Both the position numbers and the translations under genes were made by a program. A DNA stretch of 62,683 nucleotides, counting the filler, from Klebsormidium nitens (taxonomy: Eukaryota; Plantae; Klebsormidiophyceae): the NCBI GenBank assembly GCA_000708835.1. It is 4 parts of 4 records of this genome, joined end to end, with 100 filler letters (N's around TTAATTAATTAA, not from the genome) between each part and the next. Parts side by side here need not be neighbours in the genome. Positions count along the whole stretch, not along the records: positions 1 to 24,945 come from DF237852.1; positions 25,046 to 45,172 come from DF237075.1; 2 more parts are not named here. The stretch is one strand, 5' to 3'. This document shows positions 24,315-36,700 of this stretch, piece after piece (the first letter of the stretch is position 1; every line of letters begins with the position of its first letter). The notes under the pieces were generated by a model. The model had not been told where the DNA came from. It saw nothing but the letters and a program-made list of their open reading frames with translations, and ran no database searches.

Positions 24315-24830
24315 TCATTCGGTGAGGCAGCAAGCCAGCGCCGCCCCCGCCACGCCCTTCCTTCCCACCCGAGTCTTCTCCTCCCGCTCTTGGTGCAGGC
24401 GCATAGGCAGCCTGCCCACCACTCTCCCCTCGCCCCTCCAGTCCGCACGATAGGTTGCTTCCTCGGTCCACCGATCTACCGACAGACCAGCGGGGTACGC
24501 CGCCCGCGTCCCAACAAGGAGGTCGTAGCCGGTGGAATCGGTCAAGGCCAACCGCTCGTAGAGTGTGAGCTTCTCTGGGGTCCCCGCATTTAGGATTATG
24601 GGGACCGGGTTCCTGGTCAGCCCCCCCTGCAGCGCCTCTATCTTCCCGGTGGCGGTGTGAACCCGGTGGCCCCCGGCGTCCATGTCCGCGGCAGTGAGCC
24701 CCAGCTGTGCCTTGAGCTTGGCTCCCGCCATGGAGTAGAAGCTGCCCCCGTCCAGTAGAACCTTCCTCGGGGCCACTAGCCCGTGTGCCGCAACCACCTG
24801 GACCGCTTTCTTGGAGTTGTCAACCCAGTC
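24315..24830 (-). pseudogene. Retrotransposon aspartic protease domain
   Basis: KVLLDGGSFYSM (DxG active-site-like) and downstream YDLLVG; in frame with the DNMT segment across a TGA at 24315-24317. Confidence 0.7.
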
Positions 24831-26466
24831 AGGGCTTCCGTGTAACGTCTGCCCTAAAGCCTCAGCTATAAAGCGGCAATACGACCAGAGAACGAAGCGG
24901 AAACTCTGTCGCCTATGCAGCAGCCATGGAAACCCTGGAAGCGCCNNNNNNNNNNNNNNNNNNNNNNNNNNNNNNNNNNNNNNNNNNNNTTAATTAATTA
25001 ANNNNNNNNNNNNNNNNNNNNNNNNNNNNNNNNNNNNNNNNNNNNGTTAGATCTCATCTTCTCATCCATCAACCTATCAAATCAATAACTTCCAACGTTT
25101 ATATATGATCATACTTCATTAATCAATTGTCACTTCATTCATTAGAATCCCACAAATATATATCCCCATCACATCATCAACACCAACTTCTCATAACCAC
25201 ACACATCTTCATCATGATACATCTAGTACTTCCATCCCGGCCAGGGCTTTGTTTACCCAACTTTCTTGAACCGTTTGTGATCTTAAACGAAGCAGTTGCG
25301 AAGGTTGGAGCGAATGAGCAATAACTAGGCTAACGTTGAACGTTGTTGCATATGCCCTCTTATATGAAGTTTTAAGATATGCGCGCGCGCGCTCGCGCAT
25401 CAGCCATTTTCTCCGACACTTTGTTTTAATCTGTATTATCAGTATTTATATGTTATTCTGTAATTGTCACTATTATTTTTTACATTTTTTGCGGCGACCA
25501 CGAAAATGCTGACGTTTGAAAAAGCGCGTCTTGACATCATCAAGCGCGTCCTGACGCGTTTTTTTTTCCCCCAAGGACGCGCCGAAAGCCGATCTTGGTC
25601 GCTGACGCACGGGGGGAACGATGAAGGCGGCAAGTTGCCGATCGAGCGGTCTTTTCCAATTTGTACACGCGGTGTACACAAATCAGTACGAATGAGTGAC
25701 AAAAGCTGACGTACGACATCCCACACCCGGAACCCGGGACCCGATGCGGTCTGGATAGGGGTGCGGGGTTATTGAAACCCTGCAGTTTTCGGATTTGACA
25801 AACGTCAGCAAAACCCCGTTTTGGACACCAAGACCCCGATTTTGGTCTGAATAGGCCCTAAGTTACCGTCCCTGGCAACCGTCGAGCGCTCCGCTTTGGT
25901 TGATAGTCTTGGTCGGGATGATTTGCATGTTCAATATGGTCAATTGCTTAATTACAAAACATAAACAACGCTCAATGCATTCGACATGCCATTCTTTCCC
26001 TGCATGTTATGATTCAAAGTTGCGCTACTATTAATGTACAATTTGCTAAATATGTCTCCCGCAGTCATTGGAACTCTCGATCGACACCACAAGCTGAAAT
26101 TGGATCCAATCCGTTAATTAACGTCAATATCGAATATGTATTGAATGATCGATGAGCTGTCATCTCACGACGTGCTGCAAAGTTCGACGCATCACAAACT
26201 TAGCGCGCGCCAAAGCTCGTTCGCGCGCTCGTTCGAAGGCCATTATACTCGTGATTCAAATTGGGGAGTCCTTTGAGCAATTTTCTGTACGTACATTAAT
26301 ATTATGGGACCGGCCTCATTGATCCGTTCAGCAATTCGCGCTGCAATTTCCGTTCTTTGAGAATTTCCAAGAGAGGCCTCAGAATAGCTCAAGAATGTTC
26401 CAGCTACGTGTCCTTCAATAAGTTTCAATAAGCACTGCTGTTGTTAAGTTTGAAGCCTAGTATGAC

Positions 26467-29412
26467 CTAACTCGAACCGCAAACAACCGATGTAGAAGCC
26501 CGTTGCCGACATCGCCGCCTCATGTTTGCCATCTCTACGTGGGGGTGGATAGATGTTAGATTCTCACAGCACATAAGGTGCGCTTTTGGGTGCCTACTTG
26601 GCTTGAATGCTTGGCGACTAGCGTATAGCGACAGCCCCAACATTTGAAAATCTGCTACATTTTTCTCGTCTACAATGTACTCTTGTGCAAATCTAGATGC
26701 GTCTTCACCGATCTTTCGGACCGTGGCATCGTTATTGATTGCCCACTCTACTTTTCTGATCAGGTCGCGCTCCAAGTCGTTCGCCGAAATAGGTATGTAA
26801 TGCTTGTACGCCTTCAGATCCGGGTAATACCATTGCCTGAAAGCCTCTTGAACCCTGAATACCACCGAGTTTGCTAGCAACAAGTTTCGGAGTCTATAAG
26901 TTGGCCCGGTTCCAAAAACATCCAAGAGGAACTTGAATTCGATCACTTGGTCCGTTCCCATTCTTTCTTTGACAGTCATAAGGTTACAGTCGGGCTCTTT
27001 CGAGCTAACTGCACCTCCATAGGAAGCTACAACACTTGGATACTTCGATTCGCACTCCTCTAACGAGCCAGTTTGCTTGATATCGAAAAGATCGGGGCGC
27101 AACAAACCCATTCTCAAAACCCGTGCACGCAGTCGGGGGTTACCAGAGAACGTCCCCCTCCAAAGCAATTTTGGGATCTTCTGATCCCACGGGACCGGAG
27201 GGTAAGAGTCTACACGAAAAAGGCTTCCCTGGCTGAAGTTTTGAGAACTCCAAGTGACACCATAGCTAGGCATAGCAAGCGCAGAGCAAGACTCCCCTGA
27301 ATCCTCGAGCAGCACGCTCCACGAGAAGACAGGTGCAAGTCGCTGAGGGAGGGTCCTAAATGCGGCAGGGGCGCACTGGTCACCAAATTCGACGATAAAA
27401 TCCACATCCGGGATGTCGAACGTTGCCAACACCTCTTGCAACCCCGTCAATGCATGTATAGCCTGCGAAAAATTCAAGGCCAAGCGATCAAGAGGAGGGT
27501 TAATCTGAGACATGGACTGTCAATGCTCCAGCCAGGCAGATGAATAAATGAGGAACGTGGAAGATCAACTCTTGGTGTACTCTCGTTAATCTGTTCGAAC
27601 ATAGTGCTTCAGCTGCTTGGTGTACAATTTCTCCAGAAGGCAGTCGGAGTTGCTTTGAAAATCTCCATCAAGGCAACTGCTAACGAGATTGACCTACTAG
27701 ATTGGTGACCGTTTTCCTAGTGGCTTTCCTACACCCAGATTCTCCACAATGGGTGACTCTGCTTTGACCAAACATAAAGCAGAGTACACAAGCCTGAGCT
27801 TTTCAAAGGGGAGCTAAAAGTGGTGACAACAGAATGTTTTCACGTATGCGTCAAGAGCCTAGTTATCATCCAGATACGAATCAAGCATTGAAGAGGGTAG
27901 GTTTGTCATTTCCAGTTTACCCTTCATGGAGAATGAATTATATTGTGGCAGGATGCACTTGACTATATGTTGTAGAACTGTTGCTCGCTTGCTGAGCACA
28001 TAAGCAAACAACCCTGCTTACTTAGAATCTGCTAGGCAAGGAATATACGCAGTCAAGCCCGTTTACTCACATAGCGGGGCCAGGAAAGATCGTAGAAGAA
28101 CGTATCATTGTGTAGTGCTTGCCCCAAGGCAAACCACTCGTTCACATCCAGGATTGTGCCGTTGTGGGAGGGTCTGAAGTCGAGGTTGGGCAGTCGACTA
28201 TGATTCTGAAGGGCAAAGAAGCGAATTGTGGATCCAAGTGTTTGTTCACAAATTGCAGGACTTCTGCTTGCACATCAGTGTAAAAAGCAACGATGCTTTT
28301 CTGCACAATCTGATACATAACTCTTCTTGATGCAGCTTTGGACTCTTCTGCTGCCGGCAACTTTTTGCAGCTGGATTCTTCTGCCGTTAAACACCAAGAG
28401 AACTTTCCAAGGAGCAGAACTGCAAGCGCAGACCCACATCGGCCGAAGAAAGAAGCATCTTGCATGTCGAAAGTCACCGATGCAAATTTGATGGCTACAA
28501 TTTGATCATCAGTGGTGGTGGATATTGACTGTCACGTACCCGCGTCCCACTCAATTTCCACCACAGTCCCACTTGTTTCTGTGGCACCGGACCTAGTACA
28601 CCAATCCCATGTATGACAATTGAATATCTCAAAAGGTGCGAACCTGAGGAACGGGTAAAAAGTAGACCAGATTGTTGATGATCTGAACACGAACGCCACT
28701 TTTGCAGTGATCAGTGGTGAACTTGCGCCCAGCCAGTTCCTCTTCCTTGCTCCAATCCCAGCACATGTTTTGCCAAGCGCCTTCTACCTGTATTGAGCCG
28801 TCAGGTTGGAGTGGATCGGTGTTGACAACTACTATGCTTTTCTCGTGTGGGGTAGGCAGACTTTGCATCAAGGGCATTCAAGTGTTAGCAGTTTTGTCCA
28901 TAGAAGCCGACGTCATCAGAATAGTGTCTAATATTCTGATTTGATACAGCCAGATCAGCATGCTATGAGAACTTTGCAGCGATAACGTGCAGCGACTGGA
29001 TTCAACAAGTGCGCACAGAATGACCAACTTTGGTAGAAGTCAATGGAAAGTTACTAACCTGTTCTTGTGTGATACGAGGGAACGCTTGTAAATCATGCAA
29101 GAACCGCAAAACCCTTGAAATACGGACACGATCGCAGCGTCCAGCTAGATACTTGTCTATGACGGCTTGCTCTGAATCTGTTTGAAGTCCTAAAGTCTCT
29201 TCAAAATCTTCTGATGAGGATTCGATGCGAAGGCAAGACTGACGTGGAAAGAAGTTCTGTCTTATCAAACCTGCATTGACTGTATAGCCTGCAGTGATTA
29301 GCTTGTCATCCTTCAATGTAGAGAATGCAATAACAGCCAGGATAGCAAGGATGGCCACGATCAAGAAAGGTCGTCGAGGCAATGCCAGCAGGCTCAAATG
29401 CCGCGTAGCCAT
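26467..29412 (-). CDS. Glycosyltransferase family 90 / CAP10-domain protein (POGLUT/KDELC-like), type II membrane protein
   Basis: Exon 29412-29059 with signal anchor PFLIVAILAILAVIAF; exon 28787-28644 (RVQIINNLVYF); main exon 27462-26467 with PDVDFIVEFGD, WDQKIPKLLWRG, FKFLLDVFG, YRLRNLLLANSVVF, YKHYIPI, LIRKVEWA. Small middle exons may be missed. Confidence 0.85.
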
Positions 29413-30792
29413 CCTCGCGGGATCCTAGCCAGAAGCAAACGCATTTCCTTGCTTGTTCAAGATCCTGATTCCTATCCCTTTGGCCCGTGCAGCAGTGCAG
29501 GCTGGGATACGGTACTTGCGCAGGTAAACGTAATCTGGACATACAGCCTTACGGGACTACAGAGTTCCAGCCGGCCACCTGCCGGTGCCCCTTCTGCTTT
29601 TTAAATACGGGCGACGATCCCGTTCGCTTGTTAGTTGGATGTCCACCCGGGGCGTGTGAAGGTTAAGACCTCAACCTAACAAGAGCAGGCTTTGCTATAC
29701 GAGCCCAAGCTATAAACCCCCTCACCAACCCGCCCTATTCCTGGGGGTTTTTCCAATGCGAACATGGTGCACGCATGTCGCCACTTTTAATCAAATTTGC
29801 TCGATAGCCGGCAGGACGTACTTTACCGGCCGTCTAAGCTCAGCAAGGCACGCGGGCGGTACGGTGCCATGTACCGCGGCTGGGGGATCCCCTCTCGGAC
29901 CAGCCAGGTTTAGTTGTACGGGTTGGAGCCTGGTACAGTGGTAGTCCTACAACAAACCGATTTCAAAGGAGACTTCCATGTCCGCCCAGGCAAAGACCAA
30001 TGAGCTTCGAACTACCTGATCAGGCATATCCGTTTGTAAAAGTAAATGCCGCCAAGTTCCTCCCCTCAAGCTGGCGCCGTCACTAGCTGGGCCCTCATAC
30101 GTCCTCAATTCATATTGCATTTGCAGATCACTTTTTGCATGAGGAATTGTCACTCATCAAGGGCGATATTCCGATTGAGAAAAAACCGAATGAAAGCGTA
30201 CTTTGAGCGTGCTAGAGAAATACTGAGAAGAGCATGCAAGTGTAAAGCTTTAGATCGATCAAATAAAACGAAGGCATTTCCACTTTCCGGTCCTTACGGG
30301 GCAATGAGCATGATGCATACTCCATCCGTAGACTGAAACTATTCTCGCTTTAAGGTCTAATGCTACGTCAATCTGCACGCCTCGTCAAAGGGCACATGGG
30401 GCGCCGCGGCCCGGGCATGCCAGGCAACTGAGAAAGCATGCGTGCTGACCCTCGCCGGCCCACACCATCCTGAAAGGCCAGCGCGCCCCGCCGCCCCGCG
30501 GTTAACTTATGCATGCATGCCGAATCCCCGCAGCTCGTCCGACCAACGATAGTGAGTGCATGACCGTGCCCGTTCAAACGTTGGTACAGTTAACCATGCC
30601 TTCGCATTGTACTAATACTATCGAAGAATGCCTTTCTGACAATTGATGCATGGACCCCGGACGTTCAAAGAATGAACTGACGATGATACAGAAGAAAAGC
30701 TGTGAAGACTTGAAGCGATCCGCAGCGGTCCCAGAGTAGCAACCGACTATCATTGCCAAACACTTCGGTGAGCTTTGTCTCTGATAGGCTGG

Positions 30793-33700
30793 CTACAGTG
30801 ATTCGAAGCCGTCATCTTCCCTAAAGAACAGGCTTCCAAACACTCTATTGTAGAAGTCCTTCGCCAGCAGAAGTTTGCCGTCCTGTAGTCGAGGCACGTC
30901 GTACTTGCAAGCACGCATCGTGTCCGGGCAGTAGGTGATCTGCGCACGCAAATGCGACAGACAAGTTGGAACACGCGACGAGGGCGGTTTCACCCGCGTA
31001 AAAAAGGCTGTAAAACGGCGGAAATGAAACCTTACCAAGCGGATGCGGAACGTAGCAAAACCTGTCCCAGTCGGTGTTCAAACGCAGTTGCCTCGGCGCG
31101 GCATCAATGTATTCATTAAAGAGACAGTCTAAAAGCGTGCTTTAACTCGTTTTCCGTCGGCGACCAAAGGAAGGGCCTCACGGGGTCACGGCTACAAAGG
31201 ACTTTCTAGATCAAACGCAAGACGGGGAAGGGCGTGGTGACGTGGACGCACCTCGAGCAGTTTCGGCTGCATGTCGGAGTCCAGCATGACGTCAACGCCG
31301 TACATGGCGCGTGCGTGCGGGTCGTGCATCTCGGGGTGCACGCGCGCCGCGCCCTCAAACACCTCGCGGAGCATTGCACGTATGCGCTCATGGATGCCCG
31401 ACCATTTGACTGCACAGGAGCGAGAGCAAAGGTGAGATGGCTGGAGTGGTGCCTACATGACTCCAGCTCACCGAAGAGTCGTAGCCATTCAAAGGCAGGA
31501 AGGAGCATCTTGAGTTCTCAAATGACAACCCCCGGTACGAGCGAGCATTCTCGGGGAAAAAGGTCTGCAGTCGAGGACAAAAACGTACTGCGCGCCTGGA
31601 CTCAATCCAACAGTGAAATGTCCATCTCTGCAGAAGGCAACCGAGTGCCGTCCTGTGCCGAAACAGCGGCGTGCAAAAGCTACTGTAAGCATATATCTCG
31701 AGAAAGCTGCGCAGCAAGACGCACGTTCCCTCAGCTAATAGCGAAAAATGCCCTGACCCGCGACATGTCGCGTCCAGTCGTCTTTCTGCCAAGCTCCTTA
31801 GTGCGCACTCACCGTTGTGGTCCGTCTCGAACTCGGCCACAAATAGGTCCATGTTGATGTTTTCCAGCTTCCGCCCGTAGTTCTGCGCAAACGAGGACCA
31901 CTCAGCGGAGCCAACAGCTTCCGGCAGCACTTGACAATGACATGGCAACTGTAAGACCCCGTCCGACTCTTTGCCCTCGCTTAGCAGGAATAAGAGGTCT
32001 GATCGACAACTAGTCCGGAATTTATCAGTTAGCTTCAAGGGCCTATTTCTCTCCGATCAATAGGATTCTCCGTTCTAGTTACGGGTAAGCGCAGGGTTCA
32101 GTTTGGGGTTGTGCATCAATTTGAAAACAGCAAAACTTCGCTCCTTGCCCTCATTAAGGTGCTGAGCCTCGTCACTGTGAAAGCAGGCAAAGCGGGGAAC
32201 CGCACAGGCGACTCTACCGAGCGAAGGCCTCTCGTGAAGGTCTGTGCGACCAGAAAAGAGCTATGTTAAGACCGGACCGCTGCGTACCATGACGGTGAAG
32301 TGCGTTTCGTAGTCGTCGAGGCTGCTCTGGTCCATGGTGTACGGGTTGTTGGAGAAGCGCGCCTGCACCGTAGACCGCACACAGCATCAGCAACGCTTCC
32401 AGCCAGACCGGCGCTGCGGCCAACGAAATGCAGATGCCGCAAAACCAAAGGTGAGGCTGGCCAAGTGGGAAGGAGATTTGAACATGAGACCAGTTGCCTC
32501 ATGAACAACTCTGATATACTTCTCAGCCGCGGATGGCCTTCAGCAGGTGTAAGGGAGCTTCAGAATGGCTTCATTCGACTCCTGGCACATGCGGAACTCA
32601 CGAAAAGGATGCCGCTGCCGCGCACGTCACAAACCACGGAACTTAGAATCCTCCAGCTGTCGAATGTGTCTCGGAGTCTCGTTTCCTTCGACGTTTACCT
32701 TCGGACTTGCTAGGGTCGGATTTTGAATACGATTAGATGCTGTCTCGCGGCTGGATACAGCTCCTACAGGTCCTCTCTTGTACCTTCAAACTATATTCGG
32801 CTGCGCATACGATCACGGAAGCTCGATTCTCGACGTTCTCACCCAGAAGACGTCGTAGAGCAGTACTTCGAGCGGCCGCACGCTGCGCAGGAGGACGACC
32901 AGGCGCAGGTCGAATTTGCGGCCGCGGAAAGTGGCGGGCCGCTCAATGTACTTCTGACAAATCTTGGGGCCCGTCTCCATCGACCTGCGCGGCAGGGACG
33001 GATGTGCGGGGTGCGCACTCTGTCGTCGGTTTACGTGCAAGAAAATCTGGGGCCTAGTAACCGAGGTGTAGCAGACTTGAGGATTTCCGGTCAAGCCAAT
33101 GGACTCTTTGAGTCTGCAAGGCCCAAGTCTTCAATCATGCTCTCTCGAGCAACTTTCCGAAGTCTTCCCCAGCCAAAGGAAGAGCTCCTTTCGCCAGCTT
33201 GGGAGGCCGGTTACAAGTGGAACAAGAGTCTGTCAGCTCAATTCCGGGCTGCACTTACTAAAGTGAAGAAAATGCGCCCATCTCAACCGTCCTTGCCCGG
33301 TGGGATCTCTTTAGCGTTTGACGGCAGCAAGCTGCAGAGCGAAGCGTGCTCACCGGATGACCTGCACCAGGTTGCGCGTCACGCTGGCGTCGATGCTGCG
33401 CGCCATGTTCCACGGCTTCAGGATCCACAGGTTGTCCACGCGCGCGCGCTCGCGCTCCTGGAAGTCGCCGATCAGCGCGGGCAGCTCCGAGTCCAACTCG
33501 TACGTCGGCTGTAGCCACGCGGGCGCGCCGTGGGCCTGCAGACAGGAGCCCAGTCAAAGGTCAATCGCATGTGTACTCTCAACTGGAATGCGAATTGTCA
33601 ATCGTCAATTGTCAATTGCGAATTTGTCTGACTCGTTTCAAGACAGGCTTCTGCTGTTGACCGGGGCGCCCACATGTGAGGGCAGTGTCCTTTTCCATCG

Positions 33701-36700
33701 AATATGGAACAGTGAGATTCTTCACGCGGCGAACAAACACCAGAAACTTTGAAAGGAACCGCTCGCAAATATGCTGCTCCCTAAAACTCTTTGGCAACTT
33801 GTGTATCACTGGTCCAATAAAAGAAGACAGCAGAAACAAGTGGGGGTTTTGGCTTGAATGATTACGCCCTGTGCACAACCGATTAAAAGCAACAGAAGAG
33901 AAGAACATAGCGATATCGGCAATGCAGCTCATCCACGGTTTCACATCAATCTCGTTTAGCCAGTTGACGCAAAACCTGTCACGAAAAGAGATCAGGTGAA
34001 GCCCACCTGTTTGACGGTATGGGCCAGGTGGTGCTTCATAACGATGCACGCCTCGAAGGGGAACTGGTTCATGTACTGGTCCGACCTCAGCCCGAGCGCA
34101 GCGCGAGAGGCTTCGTCAATCTGGTCGAACGCCCACACGATGTCCGCGTCGCGGGGGTCGTCCACTGCCAGCAACGCAGAAGCAGGGCCTCAGAACGGGA
34201 TCGCAATCAGTGAGTAGAAGACTAGCGGACTAAGGGGTCCATCAACAAAGTGAGCAGCGACGTTGTTCCGTTTTGACAAGTGATGAACTCTATTTGCCTT
34301 ACTTTGACCTCCTGTACACTTTAGCGTGTAGCGTGCGGCAGGGAGTCCATTTGTGGCGACTGCGACTTCTCAGGTTTTGGAGAAGCGCCAAAACTGAATC
34401 TTCATCTGAGCTTGAGGTGCAGAAACGTATCCGCGCGCGGTCCAGTGAGTTTCTTTTAGAACCTGCTTACTGGAAGCATTCACCTGGTCAGCACGATTGT
34501 ATGGCAGAAATGCAGATCTGTTGAAGAAGTGCTGATGCCTAGGCACGCGAACAGTCCAGGCTCACAGGGCTCGTTATTTCTCAAAACCGCTCGAGCAACA
34601 TACAAATCTCACAGAATTAAGGTCGACGACCTGGGCGGAAGGCCTTGAAGGAGCGACAGCAATGGCTGACATGGACAATCACCGCAACCCCGCGCTTTAC
34701 CTTGCACGAATTCCGGCCGGTTCAGGTGGTCCATGCCCTCCCGGATGTCCGTGAAGACCTTGAGCGGACGTCCGTCAGCGGGGCGGATGCTCAGAACGGG
34801 GCCCTCGGACGCCGGGGGTGGTGTTGCAGATTGGGGGGAGACCGCTGCCAGCTTCTTTTTGTAGTCTTGGAAAACCTGCGACTCAAAACAACGAGGCCAG
34901 GTATATGTGTTTGCAGAAATTGGGAACGCCAGCCTTGCGAGTGGCTGAACGGGGGAAGATATCGACTCTTTTTTCGCATTCTTGGCGATGTTTGGAGTGA
35001 GAACAGAGGAAGAGATACGTGGGCACTGGCCATCAATCCAGGCCGCAAATGAGTTCCCTGCTCAGAATTTTAGCAGCCACTTGGCGCCAGCGGATGTGAA
35101 GCAGCCGGGACTCAAAAGTCATATCGAGCCTCGTATTAAAGAACGGACAGGTTTACAAATCAACGCACGGCGTCGGGACGACGTCTTCTGTTGGGCGTTT
35201 GCGTAGTGCGTCATGGTGGAAAAATCAACCGTCCTCCATACAAGCTGATCTTGGACACATCTGGCAATATCTGTGCTGATGAACCGGCAAGAGCAACTGT
35301 ATAAGCACCTGCTCGAAGTAGTTGGAGGGGGTGTGGAACCAGGCGGTGAGGCGCGACGAGCGCTGCTTGTCTTCCGTGATGCCCTTGAGGAAGTCGCGAG
35401 TGCACTCGTCCCCGCGACGCAGGTCCTCGCACGGCCACAGCAACGAGTAGCTGCAAGGAGGAACAGTTTCAGGGAGTCAGCAGAAAAGGAGCCAAGCGAC
35501 GTCACAGTGCTCCAAGGACGTCACAATGCTTGTGTCTTTGGAAATGATATAGCTTTAAGCCGACGCTGATTCGAATTTCACTCTTTGAAAAATTAACGAG
35601 GCGGGGCAACGCAAGCCGGACTAGAGTAGATACTCGAACTAGCCACTTTAATGACTCTTCCAGGATTCCTGATCACATGAGACCCCGGAAGTCCTTGCGT
35701 AAGCCTCATCAGGGGCATACCTTGTATTGCTTCGTCTAGCACGTCGAAAGAACAAGAAAGACAACCCTGAGAAGATCCTGAGACGACTCTGCACTATCAT
35801 CTGGAACCACTGGATGTAGAAGGAGCAACGCCTAAGACGGCTCTGTGATGTCTTGTCTCGAACCATCAAAGAGAAGAAAGAGGAAGAGCCGTGCCATCCT
35901 ATCTCAAACCATCAAAGAGAAGAAAGAGGAAAATTCTGAGACTCGCGCGGTGGCCCCCTCACCTGACGGCGGAGTTGAGCGTGCCGTCGGGCAGGTACAT
36001 GAAGGGCATGCAGACCGCGGTGGGGCGGTCGCTGTGGCGCACAGCAGAGCCGAGCTCGTCCATCACGTACCACACTGCACGCGCGCATCCAAGGCGCAGT
36101 AAACCTCCGCTCGCGGCATTTAACATTTTCCAGATGAACGAATTGTAGCGAGATACGCGTCGACAGTGCTGCCGGCGCGTCTAAACAGTTTCGGCGCAGG
36201 GTCCGAGTCGGATGTCTCGACCAAAGAGCCTCCGAAAACTTGCATATCTATGTGCTGTGTGAGAGAGAGCTTTTGAGAGACAAGGCTGCTGGGAAGCTTT
36301 GGAGTGCAAATTTGTGAGTACGTTACTTACCTAGAATCCTAAGGTAGGTGGGAGAAAAACTTCTAGCGTTCTTCAGCATGCTTACATCGGTGAAAAGGAA
36401 GGCCCACTGAAGGACAGAAGCGCACCTGGCGTTTCGTCCAATTTTTCCTCGGTTGCGAGGCGGTACGTGTTGACGAACTGCCACATGGCGCGCAGCACGC
36501 GCTCCACCAGGGGCTCGCCAGGCTGCCACGTGGGCAGGCGGGGGTGCAGGGAAGCCTGCACGTATGTAGGCAGGACAATCAGCAGCCGCGGTTGCTGGTC
36601 AGGATGGCGAGGCACGAGTCCGAGTCAACCACAGCTTTGCAACTATTTCGGTTCCCTTGCAATACCCCCTCTTAAAGGACTATCTGCGAACTTTGAGGCA

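Larger units (their letters stand above)
19612..24840 (-). mobile_element. Ty3/Gypsy LTR-retrotransposon internal region carrying a C5 DNA methyltransferase and a C-terminal PHD finger; decayed copy
   Basis: Domain order protease, DNMT, RT, RNase H, integrase (RT-RH-INT order is Gypsy), PHD. GC-rich block distinct from flanks. Purine tract AGGAGGGGATGGGGCGG (- strand, ~19615-19630) is a possible PPT. Two in-frame stops (24315, 21827) and several frameshifts. LTRs not identified. Confidence 0.93.

Noticed and set aside
24990-25001. TTAATTAATTAA island within N runs (also 45217-45228 and 52060-52071)
   Set aside because: An identical 12-mer centred in gaps with stops in all six frames is a scaffolding linker, not biology.
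28142-28477. 111-aa ORF inside the GT90 locus as a separate gene
   Set aside because: Cannot be tied to a start, a domain or the exon chain; it may be intronic or a partial exon.
32723-33514. 263-aa + strand ORF (likewise 6797-8140 and 31234-31857)
   Set aside because: Antisense to exons and introns of well-supported - strand genes, with no domain signal.
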